DNA of 64,000 bases from Octopus vulgaris (lineage: Eukaryota): the NCBI GenBank assembly GCA_951406725.2, contig OX597816.1:74834001-74898000 (forward strand), read 5' to 3'. Made by a program: the position numbers and the translations under genes. Under the pieces are notes generated by a model. That model searched no databases and was not told the DNA's origin. It worked only from the letters and a program-made list of their open reading frames with translations. Numbering within the stretch: the first letter of the stretch is position 1; each line of letters starts with the position of its first letter. Below are positions 40,629-54,330 of the stretch, piece by piece.

Positions 40629-40849
40629 AATTATTGTATACAGTGCTCAGGAGCACCACAACTTGTCAAAAGTGCGTATAAAGTATATATCAATTATATA
40701 TAAATTATATATCAATTATATTGATATATAATTTTTTTAAGATATTTTAAAAAGTAAAGTTTTATTACATTATTGTGCTTGTGTTTTTTCTGCATAAATA
40801 AGGGTAAGGGGGGGAAATTGCAATCTAATATGAGTGTGTTATACTCACC

Positions 40850-41470
40850 CCTATTTTTGATTTTCATTTTGGTTGGAAAAAAGTAGTATTAAGAGTTTTA
40901 CGGTACGAATTAAGATATTAATGTCTTTTAACGAAGTCCAAGCTCAACTTCCTAAAGAAAGGTGTTGTGCACGAGGCGCTTGAATCGACCTTATGTATTG
41001 TTATTTCATAAACCACTGAAAAATTAAATGAAATGCAAAATAGACCACGGCAGGGTTCGTACTCAGATCGTAAAAAGCACGAAACTGAATACTGTTGGAC
41101 GTTTAGCTTAGCAAGTATTCTATCTACTATTTCTGTTAACTTATCTCTCTTAATTATCTCCATATTCCTCGCAGGAATTTTTCACCATCTTTCGATAAAA
41201 GATCTGTCTACCGACAAGTCGCTGTTTATAATTCTTATTTGTGTTTAGTCTGCGGTAGTTGGTTGCTTCAGCCGGTGTTTTCAAGCAAGTCTTATTTATT
41301 ATATTTTCTTTTAAATGCTTCAACATAGAACCTAATCCACCTCTTTATTATTCTTTGCAAGTTTTATTATACTTAATGCCTCTTAAAAGCCAGATTGTTG
41401 CAAGAATGAGGTCGGTGGAAGACACACTATTAATAGATTTTGTTTGAGTAGATTTTTCTTGAAATATGCT
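40850..41470 (-). mobile_element. Second, more decayed Penelope-like RT fragment
   Basis: EIVDRILAKLNVQQ and LSLDFVKRH..SYRKTL resemble PLE RT segments. Confidence 0.4.
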
Positions 41471-41531
41471 ATATATATATGTGGGAATGTGTGTATTGGA
41501 CTACTGCGTCCATGCTGGGGCACCACTTTCA

Positions 41532-41582
<51 letters not shown>

Positions 41583-41834
41583 CTAGGTAGCTGTTTGGCA
41601 ATGTATCATCAAAAAGGAAAACAAAATTGTCATTAAATATAACAGAGGATGTTAGAACACCTACAATGCTAGACATAAGAGCTGAAGTGCTCTGATGCTG
41701 CTATCAACACACGCACATAATTGTATACATACATACTGACAGCGACCGTAAACGTCCGAAAGTCGCAGTCGTGATATCACTGGACCGCCGACAGTATATA
41801 TATATAACTCTGTTCAACATAAACATAACGTCGT

Positions 41835-41873
41835 AAGAAATTTGAAAAGCTAAACGCGAAACCGGTCTTTCTT
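41835..41873 (+). ncRNA. Minimal hammerhead motif, U3-A8 variant, palindromic stem III
   Basis: aagaaa u UUGAAAA GC uaaac GC GAAA CCGG UC uuucuu. Confidence 0.6.
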
Positions 41874-41984
41874 CTAAACTATGTCATTGTAAGAAACAAA
41901 CTTTTAATATTCTTCAGACATATTGACTCAAATATATATATATTTTTTAACCTTTAAGCCTTCTGTAGTTTTTTCACTTTTTAC

Positions 41985-42070
<86 letters not shown>

Positions 42071-42115
42071 GGTATGTATATGTTTCCCTGTAAGTTTGGA
42101 GTTATACTCAGCTAA

Positions 42116-42148
<33 letters not shown>

Positions 42149-42319
42149 CTCAGATCAAGTCACTCGCTATGCAAGTACAACTCCGTAATATATATATATA
42201 TTCAAAGTGAGATTCCTGCATAGACGCAGTACAGTGACTGAAACAGGTAAAAGACAAATATACGTGTGTGTGTGTGTGTGTGTGTATGCGTGCATTTATT
42301 CGGATATCTAGCTAGATAG

Positions 42320-42420
<101 letters not shown>

Positions 42421-43284
42421 CATACACACACACATACGTACATACATACATACATACATACATACATACATACATACATACATACATACATACATACATA
42501 CATACATACATACATACATACATACATACATACATACTATGATTCATCAAGGTGATGAAAAGCCCAGATACTTTCACAGACGAATCTGTTCTTTATTAAC
42601 CATTAAAGTTGAAACATAGATGGGACAATACAAGGACAGACAAGATAACACAAACAAAAAGGTGGGTGGGGGACAAATGAAAAATGGATCTATGATACAA
42701 GATGAAACAGGGGAAATGATGATTACACGGGCCTCACGACTCACGCAACATCATTGAACCTTGTACAAGCAAATAACAAACATGCACAATTATAAGCTTA
42801 CTTTAATCAACATGGGATGATATAGAGTTCAACTGAATTACTGTGAATAACAAGTAATTTTCAAAGCATATCGATCACAGTTCGAAAAGGAGTAGCAAAA
42901 AGATAAATTAAAGAACCATGCAATGATTTTGAGCACGTTATGTATTCAGTTGTGGAAGGGTTTATGTGTGAATCTTAATATGTGGCCATGGTGGTTTTCT
43001 GGGTGATGTTAGTGGCGTGATATGCTGAGTGAATGGGTTGTAATTAGTTCTGTTACGTGGTGACATGATTCACAACTATTGTTATTATTCCTGTATTAAT
43101 AAACCGCTTGTTTCTTCAGGCCGCCTCAACAGAGATACGTTTTATTACGCCGCCCCAGGAATCTGTCTCCTCATTAGCATTGGTTGGTCATCAATTTCGT
43201 GTTGTGAGTCCTAGTCAATAACTCTAACGTAACTAAATGATCTTCGCTGTAGAAGATTTTTTAGCTCTAAAATAACTACAAATA

Positions 43285-43892
43285 TTGGTTTCAAATTTTA
43301 ACACAAGAACAGCAATTTCGGAGGAGGGTGTAAGTTGATTACATGGATCCCAGCACTCAACTTGTAATTATTCTATCGAACACTGGAAAGAGGAAAGGCA
43401 AAGGTGACTTCAGCAGAATTCGAACTCATAACGTAAAGACGGACGAAATGCCGCTAAACGTTTTGCCCTAGCTACTAACGTTTCTTATTTCTTTATTGCC
43501 CACAAGGGGCTAAACCTAGAGGGGACAAACAACGGGATTAAGTCGATTAGATTGACCCCAGTGCGTAACTGGTACTTAATTTATCGATCCCGAAAGGATG
43601 AAAGGCAAAGTCGACCTCGGCGGAATTTGAACTCAGAACGTAACGGTAGACGAAATACCTATTTCTTTACTACCCACAAGGGGCTAAACACAGAGGGGAC
43701 AAACAAGGTCAGACAAACGGATTAAGTCGATTATATCGACCCCAGTGCGTAACTGGTATTTATTTAATCGACCCCGAAAGGATGAAAGGCCAAGTCGACC
43801 TCGGCGGAATTTGAGCTCAGAACGTAGCGGCAGACGAAATACCGCTGAGCATTTCGCCCGGCGTGCTAACGTTTCTGCCAGCTCACCGCCTT
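43285..43892 (-). mobile_element. SINE family B trimeric array
   Basis: Three consecutive units. Confidence 0.88.
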
Positions 43893-45066
43893 GTACACTA
43901 AAAATATTAACAAATTACAAGTGAGCTTACAAGTGCATACCACTACATCGCTTGTGTGAGTATTTACTGTTATAGGTTAAGTAGTAGTTTATAAGCAAGT
44001 AGTCAGTTAAATTAATAGGTGCCGTTAACTGGTGTCCACCTGTTCGTTCATTTACACTAAATCCCGACCTTAAATGCTTTCAATCAGATAATGGCTACAA
44101 GCATGAACAAAAAGCTCAGTTAATCTTTTTGCCTTCTTTCTTGGCATAAGAATTGTATTTACATTATACTAACTAACCGCGCCGTTAGAGAATACTTTTG
44201 ATTCGTTAACTAACATTCCTGTCATTTGTTTAACTAAATAGGCATAAAAGAAAAAAAATGTACCCTAATAGCACAGAATGTGTGCATGTGTGTGTACATA
44301 CACGTGTATACATACACGTTTATATATGTGTGCGTATGTGTGTATGTATATATAAGAGCACACGCATACATGCACACACATATATACACGCATACACACA
44401 AACACACACATACATAAGAACAAGAGATTAGAAGAAAATGGAAATTTGCTTTTATTTTCGTACAAAACGCTTAAGAGTGCTTGATACACCGTTTTGGAAG
44501 ATATCTAGTTAACATAAAAACGGGTTGTCTATGTATGTGTATGTGCGTATGTGAATGTATGTATGTATGTATGTATGTATGTATGTATGTATGTATGTAT
44601 GCATGCATGCACGCATGTATACGTGCGAAGGTTTAGGAAGTAGGATATCAGTCCGCACCGTCTGTTTCACACATTCCATGTATTTTTTTGTCTTGACAGT
44701 AATCATCAGCGCAATGTAATCCCTTGTGCATATTTACTCCAGCATACTTTACAATAACCAAACTTGTCTGTAATACCTGTCTGTCATTGACTAGTAATAA
44801 CAGAAAAGAAGTGTGGCTCAAACTAACGAGATTTCAACACTTAAATCGTATTGATATTTTCTCTTTGAATATGACATATCCATTTCAGCAATTTTATTGC
44901 TGGAAATTAATACACCGCCACCAACGAACGATGTTATCCAAGGGAAAGGCAAAGGCTTATACAGCTTGGCACCAGTGACGTCGTAACTTATTTCTACAGA
45001 TGAGTAAACTGGAGCAATGTGAAATAAAGTGTCTTGCTCAAGAACACAACACGCAGACTGGTCCGG

Positions 45067-45114
<48 letters not shown>

Positions 45115-45859
45115 ATACATACACAGTTCTAAGAAACATTCTTAGCTTAAGTCTAACCCCCATACAAGGTATTGTTTATAATTTGATACAGACATATAAT
45201 CTTACATTTAAGTTTTTTAAAACCCGAGATAAATATATACAATATGATAAATAAAAATTAAAGCGGCTTATATCAACGGAGTTTCAAACCTTGCTTTTAG
45301 AAAACTACGAAAATGAACATTTTAGCCTGTGGTTGTATCAAATAACTCCTTCGGAGTACCAATTCACAAGTGTACCTGTACACATTAAAATGCATAGCGC
45401 TTCGCTATATGTATTGCGTGATTACTTTACTTCGCTCGGGGTGTTCTTTTTTAAGAATGAAGGGTTTGGTGTGAAGAAATTTGAGTTACTATTCATAACA
45501 GGTCGAGCGGCTAAGTAGAAGTTTCTTTGTTGGCTTGTTATCGTCTTGTATTTCTGTAATGGCGATGAAGAGTAATTTCACTCAGTCATAGACGACCATT
45601 CAAAAGATTGATTAAAATCTTCAGCGGAAGAGTAGAAATTTTAGAGCAGAAGTAATTCTGAAGTACTAATTAGTAGTGATTGCTAGATATGATGAACCTG
45701 GCGTCAGTCTGTATTCAAAACAAAGGAAAGAAGGTTCAAGTTCTATTAGTAGATCGTGGATGAGTATGTATGAGATAGAGAGACGATAAGATAAAGAGCT
45801 CATTAAATATTTGGACATTTGTATGTTTTTGTGTTTGGCATGACTAAATAGTTAAGACG

Positions 45860-46210
45860 TTAGCTTTGCAGCCATATGGTTTTGTGTTCAGTTTCACAGC
45901 TTGGCACCTTCTACTACAGCTCCGGACCAACCAATGACTTGTGACTGAATTCGGTTGCCGGAAACTGTGTGGAAGCCCGACATGTGTGTGTATGTCTTTG
46001 TGTTTGTGTTTTTCCCTCCCTCTCTGCTTCTCTACTTGGTAATCGGTGTTGTTTTGTTTATGTCCCCATAAATTAGCGGTTCGGCAAAAGAGACCCATAG
46101 AATAAGTCCCAGGCTTTAAAAAAACCAAGTACTGAGGTCGATTTTTCCGACTAAATCCTTCAAGGTAATGCCCCTGCATGGCCGAAGTCCACTGACTGAA
46201 ACAAATAAAA
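45860..46210 (+). mobile_element. SINE family A (old copy)
   Basis: Homology. Confidence 0.7.
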
Positions 46211-47164
46211 GCTTCTTCTTCTTTTTTTAAATAAGTAGACGCAGGCATAGCCGAGTAATTAAGAAGTTCGCTTTAAAATCATGAGTTCCCTAATTCGATT
46301 CCATTACATGTTATCATGAGTAAATATCTCTTACCTTAGCCTCGGGTCAAACTAATTCATGTGAAACAGACGGAAACTGACTGGAAGACTGTCGGATGGA
46401 TGGTATCTATAATTAAAAGGCTCAGTCTCATCTCATATTGTGTCATAGGACTGTTGGCAGTTACGTGACTTGGCCATACACTCAGTACAGAAAACTAAAC
46501 AGCACTATGATACCTATTTACGGTTATTCGAACAAACATCAACTTTAAGCTTCGTAAAAAAATTTGTTTAGTATACTAATGAATAGGCTAGTTAAAAGAT
46601 TGGTGATAGTTTGTCAGGTGTCTTAATAACAGTCAAAGCATTATATTTATCGAAGTACAAGGCGATCGATCGTCAGAATATTTACAGCGCGGGACAAAAT
46701 GCACTAATTGTATTGGCTCCTTACGTTGAGTTCAAATTCAGCCGTTATCAACTTCACCTTCATCCTCCTGAGATCTCGATAAATAAAGCACCAGTGAAGC
46801 ACTAGGATGTATTCTTCTCATTCTCTCACAATCGACTTTGCTGCACAATGAGAAAACAGTGGAAGACCACTCACGGTGTGCCCTTCCGCCATAAAACAGA
46901 AGTTGAGTGAGAGTCATAACAAACTTTTCTCATCTAACATTCTATAAAAACTGTTTAAATACGATAGAGAGTATAGAAGGACTAATGTGTTTGTACAGCA
47001 TAGTCATTCATCCAACCATCTTTTCCGCCCACTATTCCTGGGAGAGGGGACATTGTGGGTAGAGTCTTCAGACACCTCTTCTATAGGGTCTTACCAGAAG
47101 TAACCATCATTATACTTCTTGGCTGGATTCCCAAACGTGACCAACTGGGACCCTCTTTACTCTC

Positions 47165-47375
47165 TCTTATACTTGTTTCAGTCATTTGAGTGTGTCCAAG
47201 CTGGAGCACCGCCTTTAGTCGAGCAAATCGACCACATGACTTATTCTTTGTAAGCCTAGTACTTATTCTATCGGTCTCTTTTGTCGAACCGACAGCATCG
47301 GTTGTCAAGCGATGTTGGAGGAACAGACAGACAAACAAACATATACACACACACATACATACATACATACATACA

Positions 47376-47437
<62 letters not shown>

Positions 47438-47603
47438 CGACGGGCTTCTTTCAGTTTCCGTCTACCAAATCCACTCACAAGGCTTTGGTCGGCCCGGGGC
47501 TATAGTAGTAGAAGACACTTGCCCAAGGTACCACGTAGTGGGACTGAACCCGGAACCATGTGGTTCGTAAGCAAGCTACTTACCACACAGCCACTCCTAC
47601 GCC
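47165..47603 (-). mobile_element. SINE family A inserted into a small LINE 3' fragment (~47020-47720)
   Basis: The right flank translates on the minus strand to LVLQAEPTDRRLTGRPRMSWLDNI (GRP..W.D LINE C-terminal motif). Confidence 0.8.
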
Positions 47604-48041
47604 TATGGATATTATCTAACCAGCTCATTCTTGGTCTACCCGTAAGTCTCCTGTCGGTCGGCTCGGCTTGAAGAACCAGACTTGCGACTCTTTCTTGCTA
47701 TATTCTAATAACATTCTTTTACTACAGCCTAGAACGGTAAAAAAATACCGAAATACATTTATTTGTTTAATTTTGCTGAGGAATGAATCGTCATTGTAGA
47801 CACCCATCCTTTACGGCAAACAGTGTATGTATCGGGAAAATTGCTTTCTGGATCATTAGCAGTTTTCAGTTCTTGCTTATCCCTGCCGCCCTATGTAGAT
47901 ATAAGCTGTGATCACTTGGTAAAATGGAAACTTAAGCGGGAAATAACAATATTTAACGAGCAAATAAATCGTCTGAGTGCGTGTATGTTTATTTGTTTGT
48001 GTGTACATACATACACCCACACATACATACATACATACATA

Positions 48042-48312
48042 CATGTCTAGATATGCAAGTATATGCATGAGAAGACATACATAAAACAAAACATACAAAT
48101 CTGCACGTATACATACACACACACACACACACATACAGACATACATACATACATACATACATACATACATACATACATACATACATACATACATACATAC
48201 AAAAATTCTCTTGATGTTTTTGAAATTCCAATGAAGGAGCCTTGGATCGAGGTTAGAAACCGGCTCTTTTTCTATTGGCAGGACATCTTGAAATAAAACT
48301 GAATAATGGCAC
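48042..48312 (+). mobile_element. 5'-truncated 3' UTR copy of the R4/Dong-like element, in (CATA)n
   Basis: Homologous to 218-420 (catgtctagatatgcaa..gaaattccaatgaagg..ggttagaaacc..tcttgaaat.aaactgaa). Confidence 0.85.
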
Positions 48313-48331
48313 ATATATACATACATACATA

Positions 48332-49139
48332 TGTGGTTTGATCATTAAGTATCCAGACTGTTGCCATAGCAACGAGATTAAAGCACGCAGAGTAAAGCTG
48401 CTAGGGAAAGATTGAACTTGAACTCTGTTGCGCATGCGCACTAACTTTTAGCGTTCTAGTTCACTTCCGCTTTTTACAGCAGTGCTTGGAAGGAAGATGT
48501 GTAGCGTGTAATCATCGCATTGACCATGTCAGAGAAAGTTGAGCAGAGAATCGGCATTAGAGTTTGACAAAAGATTGGTGATACCTGCTCAGAGGCCTAC
48601 ACAAAATTTTCAAAAAGTTTTCATCGTTCTTGACACAATCAAGGAGACCTTGCGCAACTGAAACCCGAGTGTCTTTTTGGTCAGCATAAGGACATAGAAA
48701 CCCTTACTTTGGATCGAGCTGGATGGCGAGCAAAAGTGCGGAGTGGAGTGAAAACCTTTGAGAAGGTCAGGATAGCATATGTAAGACTGAAGAGAGATTT
48801 AAAGAAGAATGTTGCGATCGAGAAGGTGAATCTTATTGACCTTTTTGTGTGTACAGTTTGTGATAGATCATGCCTTTTCTTTCCTGGGATCAAATCTCAT
48901 TTGCGAATCCAGGAAGAGCGAACCTCCACCAACTATTCTGCCTAGATATCTGCACACACCTTTCAATGCCGTGTATGTCATAAGGTCTGCAAATCTAACA
49001 GCAGAAGTGAGCTAGAACGTTAAAACTTAGTGCGCATACACAGCAGTGTTCAAGGTCAATCTTTACCAAGCAGCTTTAATCTGCATGCTATAGTTTCGTT
49101 ACTATGGCAACAGTCCGGATACTTAATAATCAGACCTCG
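48332..49139 (+). mobile_element. Mariner-derived non-autonomous element with ~140-bp inverted arms, carrying captured LINE DNA
   Basis: TA flanks; arms 48332-48472 and 49000-49139; internal MSEKVEQRIGIRV*QKIGDTCSEAY resembles a mariner N-terminus. Confidence 0.8.
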
Positions 49140-49224
49140 TACGTACATACATACATACATACATACATACATACATACATACATACATACATACATACAT
49201 ACATACATACATACATACAAACAA

Positions 49225-52200
49225 ACATGGTGGTTGTCTACTCCTTTGCAGATTTGACCATCTCTTATACCTGCACCTTAGATCCATCATGGCGTCTGAT
49301 ATGGCTTTTTAAACCAGACAATGTATTGAAAAGACATCCACTTAGATTGCATATCCGATTTGGACCACCAAGAATTGCAGTTAAGTTTTGAACTTTGTGG
49401 ATCTTAAAATGTATCGTGAGGCCTCCGTTAGATTTGCAGACCTTATGACATACACGGCATTGAAAGGTGTGTGCAGATATCTAGGCAGAATAGTTGGTGG
49501 AGGTTCGCTCTTCCTGGATTCGCAAATGAGATTTGATCCCAGGAAAGGAAAGACATGATCTATCACAAACTGTACACACAAAAAGGTCAATAAGATTCAC
49601 CTTCTCGATCGCAACATTCTTCTTTAAATCTCTCTTCAGTCTTACATGTGTTATCCTGACCTTCTCAAAGGTTTTTCACTCCACTCCGCACTTTTGCTCG
49701 CCATCCAGCTCGATCCAAAGTAAGGGTTTCTATGTCCTCTGAATCCATTCCAAGTGAAATCATGGTAGTCCTTATGCTGTCCTTAAACCTCTTTGGAGGT
49801 TTACACCGACTGCGTTTCCTCTCTGCAAGCTCGCCATAAAACAGTTGTTTGGATGTGTGTTCATCCACCATTCGAACAATATGGCCTGATCATCTCATTT
49901 GGTTTTTCAGAATCATTGATTTAATTGAAGTGATGCCTGCAGACGCAAAAACATTTGCAGACGCAAAAAAAAGCCCCATGCAATGTTTAAAATGCAGCGA
50001 AGGCATTTTGGGCGGAATCGTTCTGACAATTTGAAATGTCTTTCAAAACACGTCCATATTTCAGAAGAATGCAACAAGGGTAGTAAGACAAACGATTTGT
50101 AAAGAACCAATTTTGAGGTGTTATTCATATGTCGTTAGCTTCAAACTCGTGATTTCAAACAACTAAATGCTTGTGCTGCCCTTTGAATTCGCAAATGTAT
50201 TTCTGAATCCAAATTTCCATCATTTTGTACAGAGTTTCCAAAGTAGAAGAAAGCGTCAAAAACCACAAGTAACTTACCCCTAACGACCATATTATAGGGG
50301 TTGCAAACAACACCATATGCAGGTTGATACATTACAATTGCTTTGTTTCTTTATCAAGTTGATGGTCAAGCCAAAATCATCAAAAGCTGAGTCGAATGCA
50401 GATACAAGAGATTGCAGGCCCGTTTCAGGGTGACTAACTAGATCACAATCGTCAGAGTATAAAAGTTCCCTATTGCGTGCAGTGAAAACCTTTGCTTTGA
50501 ATTTCAGTCTGGTCAGATTAAAAACATTCCCTGTTCGATGTTTTATGTAAATACCCTCCCCATAGTTTTGAAAAGCATGTAACAGCACAACAACAAAGTA
50601 TATTGCAAAGAGGGTTGTTGCATCAAGGTATCCTTGCTTTACTCCATTTTTCACAGCAAAAGATTCAGAGAGCCTACCACCAAAATTAACTCTAGCCTTC
50701 ATATCTTGATGCAAAACCCTGATCATGTTTACAAATTTTTCTGGGCAACCTATTTTCCCTAGAATTAGCCAGAGCATTTCGATTAACAGTATTGAATACC
50801 TTGTTTAAATCAACAAAGCAATGGTATAGGGCAAGATTCTGTTCAGTGCACTTTACCTGAAATTGTCTGATACTAAAGATACAATCAACTGTGTCCCTGA
50901 CATTGCGACTTAGACATCATATTTGGAACTATGAAGGTTTTTATCGTTCTAACAGAATGCGGGTAAGTACTTTTCTAACTACAGAAAAAGCGAAATCCCA
51001 CAAAAATTACCACTTCGGCCCCGATTTATACAAGGAGATTAAAATGGCATCAATCCAGTCTTGAGGCACTTCCTCAGTTCTCCAACAGTGACAAATTAAT
51101 ATGAGTTCAAATATTTTGTCATCCCCATATTTCAAGACCTCTGCACAGATTCCATCAAACCCTGGATACTTATTGTTATTCAGCTTATTCACAGCTAAAT
51201 TAATGTCATTTAGAGTTGGTTAAAATGCCATCACCTCAATAACTGGAAAGTGTTCGATTTTTTTTTTCTATCATCCTCATGTCAACGGATGATGGTCTAT
51301 TCAAAAGTGCAGAAAAATGTTCTACCCAGCGCTTATGAATAGAAGCGGTGTCAATCAAAAACAAATGTCCATTTGCTGTTGTCACTGGAGCTATTGAAGA
51401 AGATTTGAGGCTATATACCTCCTTAACATAACAGTATCAAACTCTTGACATCATTTCTATCAGCTACTTCTTGCGCCTCTTTTGCTCTGTCATTCCACCA
51501 TTCCTTTTTAATTTTCCTTCAGCTTTCTGTAAGCTTCGTTTGAGTTGGGATTCAAGGACTGAGAAAGAAGTGTATTGTCCAAGTTTTGTTTTTCTAACAG
51601 TAGATCATAAATTTCTGGTGATTTGTCTGAAAACCAGTCACTGGACTTATGCGATTTAAATCCTATTGAAGAACTTACAGCCTAAAATACTTTTGTTTTG
51701 AAATCTTCCTATAGATTGATTGTTTCCATAGAATCGTGGAATCTTAGCAAGTTGCTTGATAATTTGAACTTTGCAACATTTAACTTTTTGGGCAATCTTA
51801 GGATCAGACTGTCGACTTTTAGGCATTACTGAAAAATTTATTTTTCAACGCACTAGACGATGGACAGTCCAGACCTCTGCTCCTCTCATGGCCCGAACAT
51901 TAGAAACATCTTTCATATCATGCTTTCTGATCAAAATATAATCTAAAACAGGCCATGAAATGTAAACATTTCCAACTCATGCTTTGCAATCTCCCAATAT
52001 GGCCAGCTTCTCAGAAATTGGTACTTTCCTCAATAATTGTGCTCGATCATCATAAAACTGTCCTACACTTTCACCAGAATGACACATTGTTGGTGCATAA
52101 ATACTGACAATGGTAACAAACCTACCTTTTGTCAGCTTTATACGGCATGACATGGTTCGTTCAGATATCCCACATGGAAGTTCTGTAATGGAGGACACTA

Positions 52201-52900
52201 ATGAATTCTTGAGAGCAAACCCAACATCAGATTCGCTTCGCTGAATCGCAGGTAGGCTTCTCCAGAAGATAGTATATCCATAAGTAAGTCCATTTATTTG
52301 ACGTTCGCCTGAGAGACGAGTTTCAGAGAACGCAACTGTATCAAGGGATTACTTTTTAAGCTCACATACAATAAGGGCAGTACGCCTTTCTGGCCTCTTG
52401 TTGCAATTATCATCGAGAAGTGTGCGCACATTCCAGCAGCCAAAATTTAGAGAATGTTAATTTTTTTCTTCTTCTTGGGGATTGTTTGATCAGTGACAGG
52501 ATGACGACCGGGCCCAGCCTGTTACACAGTAGGACACCTGCTGAGCCAGATCTGTTCCCTTGACGTTCCCAAGCCTTTTTTTAAAAATCTGTTTGAGATA
52601 TTTCAGAGTAAGTTGCAAGTTCATTTTTAGGTTTCTGCCTACCAGTTCAATGATTTTACTAAGAAGTACCTGTGCAGTTGTATATATTTTCAGTGATTGT
52701 AGCTTGCACTGCACTACCTTCACCTATTGGCCCAAGAAAACTTTCGCCGGTGTCACATGAGAACTGACAAAACCGGGAACTTCCAGGACCTCGGGTTTTA
52801 TTTTGGAGATTTCCTTCTCCTAGATAGATCAATCAAGGTTAAAGAGCTTCTACCTGCCCATGAGGTAAGCTATCCCGTGTCAGACACCAAGCTGATACCC
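49225..52900 (-). mobile_element. Near full-length decayed RTE (BovB-type) LINE: APE endonuclease, RT and C-terminal C2H2 fingers
   Basis: FGCWNVRTLLDD..RPERRTALI; TIVSIYAPT; VPQDWIDA; KIGCPEKFV; GVKQG; ELLYSDD; many stops and frameshifts. Confidence 0.95.
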
Positions 52901-53112
52901 AATCGCTCCATAGAGTGATTAATTATCATTCCAGTGTCCGACACGGAGCAGCTCATACATAGAGAAAAGGTAAAAGACATGCAATTTTAAAATATTACAA
53001 AAATAAGATTTAAACATAAATAATAGATACACATATAAAAAAGTAAAAAAATATACGTATATATACAAATACGAATATATAAAAAACGATATATAGATAT
53101 TTACACACATTT

Positions 53113-53330
53113 GTTGGATGGCCGTTGACTACTCATGAATTCCTCCGCCCTTTGACAGGTCTTATTTTTCGTCCCGTAGGGTGTCCAACAATCACCCTTC
53201 TCACCCAGCAAGCCTGGTGGGGTTGCCAGTTTAGCCGCCGACGACCCGACCATGCAACAGGTTGTCCTGGATTACATGTTACCAGTAGCACTACATACAT
53301 CTTCTTGGCTTCGCTTTGCGAGCGAAAATT
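53113..53330 (-). mobile_element. Probable 5' UTR fragment of a non-LTR element with an HDV-like fold candidate
   Basis: GC-rich island; manual P1/P2/P4 pairings at 53226-53283. Confidence 0.35.
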
Positions 53331-53341
53331 TAAGGAAATTA

Positions 53342-53401
<60 letters not shown>

Positions 53402-53416
53402 GTGTGTGTGCGCGTG

Positions 53417-53447
<31 letters not shown>

Positions 53448-53449
53448 AG

Positions 53450-53725
53450 TGGAGGCACATGGCCGAGTGGTTAGAGTAGCGGACTCGCAGTCGAGGGATC
53501 GCGGGTTCGAATCTCAGACCGGGCGATGTGTGTGTTTATGAGTGAAACGCCAAAGCTCCACACGGCTCCGGCAAAAGGTAATGGCGAACTTCTGCTGACT
53601 CTTTCGTCACAACTTTCTCTCACTCTTTCCTCCTGCGACGGACCGGCGTCTCGTCCAGCTAGGGTACCTATACGCCAAAGAAACCGGGAAACCGGCCCTT
53701 ATGAGCCAGGCATAGCTGGAGAAGG
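53450..53725 (+). mobile_element. SINE family C
   Basis: tggccgagtggttaga (A box) and gggttcgaatctc (B box). Confidence 0.85.
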
Positions 53726-54078
53726 AAGAAACAAAAAACATATATATATAGAGAGAGAGAGAGAATAAGGAAGGGGTTAGGCCACTGGTGATCAAAACTT
53801 ATAGGCACACTGTGTAAGTGCTCCAATTGATAAGCCACTAGGATCCAAGTTTACAACGGGGACCGGAACTGGGGATCCGTAGCCTACTTCCGAGCAGCGG
53901 GTATAAACAAAACCAAGGCAGAACAAGCTTATCAGATATTCTAAATCATTTTAATTATCATAACGGTGAATCTAAGAAAGCAAAAGTAAATAATAATGTC
54001 TTACAGTTGCTTCAGGCATATTCCAGATAATGGATCAATGTGTTGATCCACATTTCCATATACTGAGTATTCCGTCAG

Positions 54079-54262
54079 CGATTTTTTTTGCTCCGTCTTC
54101 CCTTCTTTGGATCTTTCCTTCCTATGTTTCTGACGAAGAGCTCCGCTCGAAACATTAAACCCTCCTTCTTTCCTCCTTTCCTGGGCGTCCAATAATACTA
54201 TACTTGTTCCACGTCCTCGCGTTGTTGTGTTTTCTCTTTGTGTTTTCATGTTTGGATTAACT
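54079..54262 (+). mobile_element. pLTR-like repeat with minimal hammerhead (54125-54160)
   Basis: tgttt CUGACGA a GAGC ucc GCUC GAAA ca UU aaac; sister copy at 31195. Confidence 0.75.
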
Positions 54263-54277
54263 ACATATATATATATA

Positions 54278-54330
<53 letters not shown>

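Noticed and set aside
40570-40680. (TAA)n plus adjoining short sequence as a Dong-like 3' end
   Set aside because: Too short and single-copy in this window to classify.
53450-53525. tRNA gene
   Set aside because: The tRNA-like head continues into a SINE body seen at several loci.
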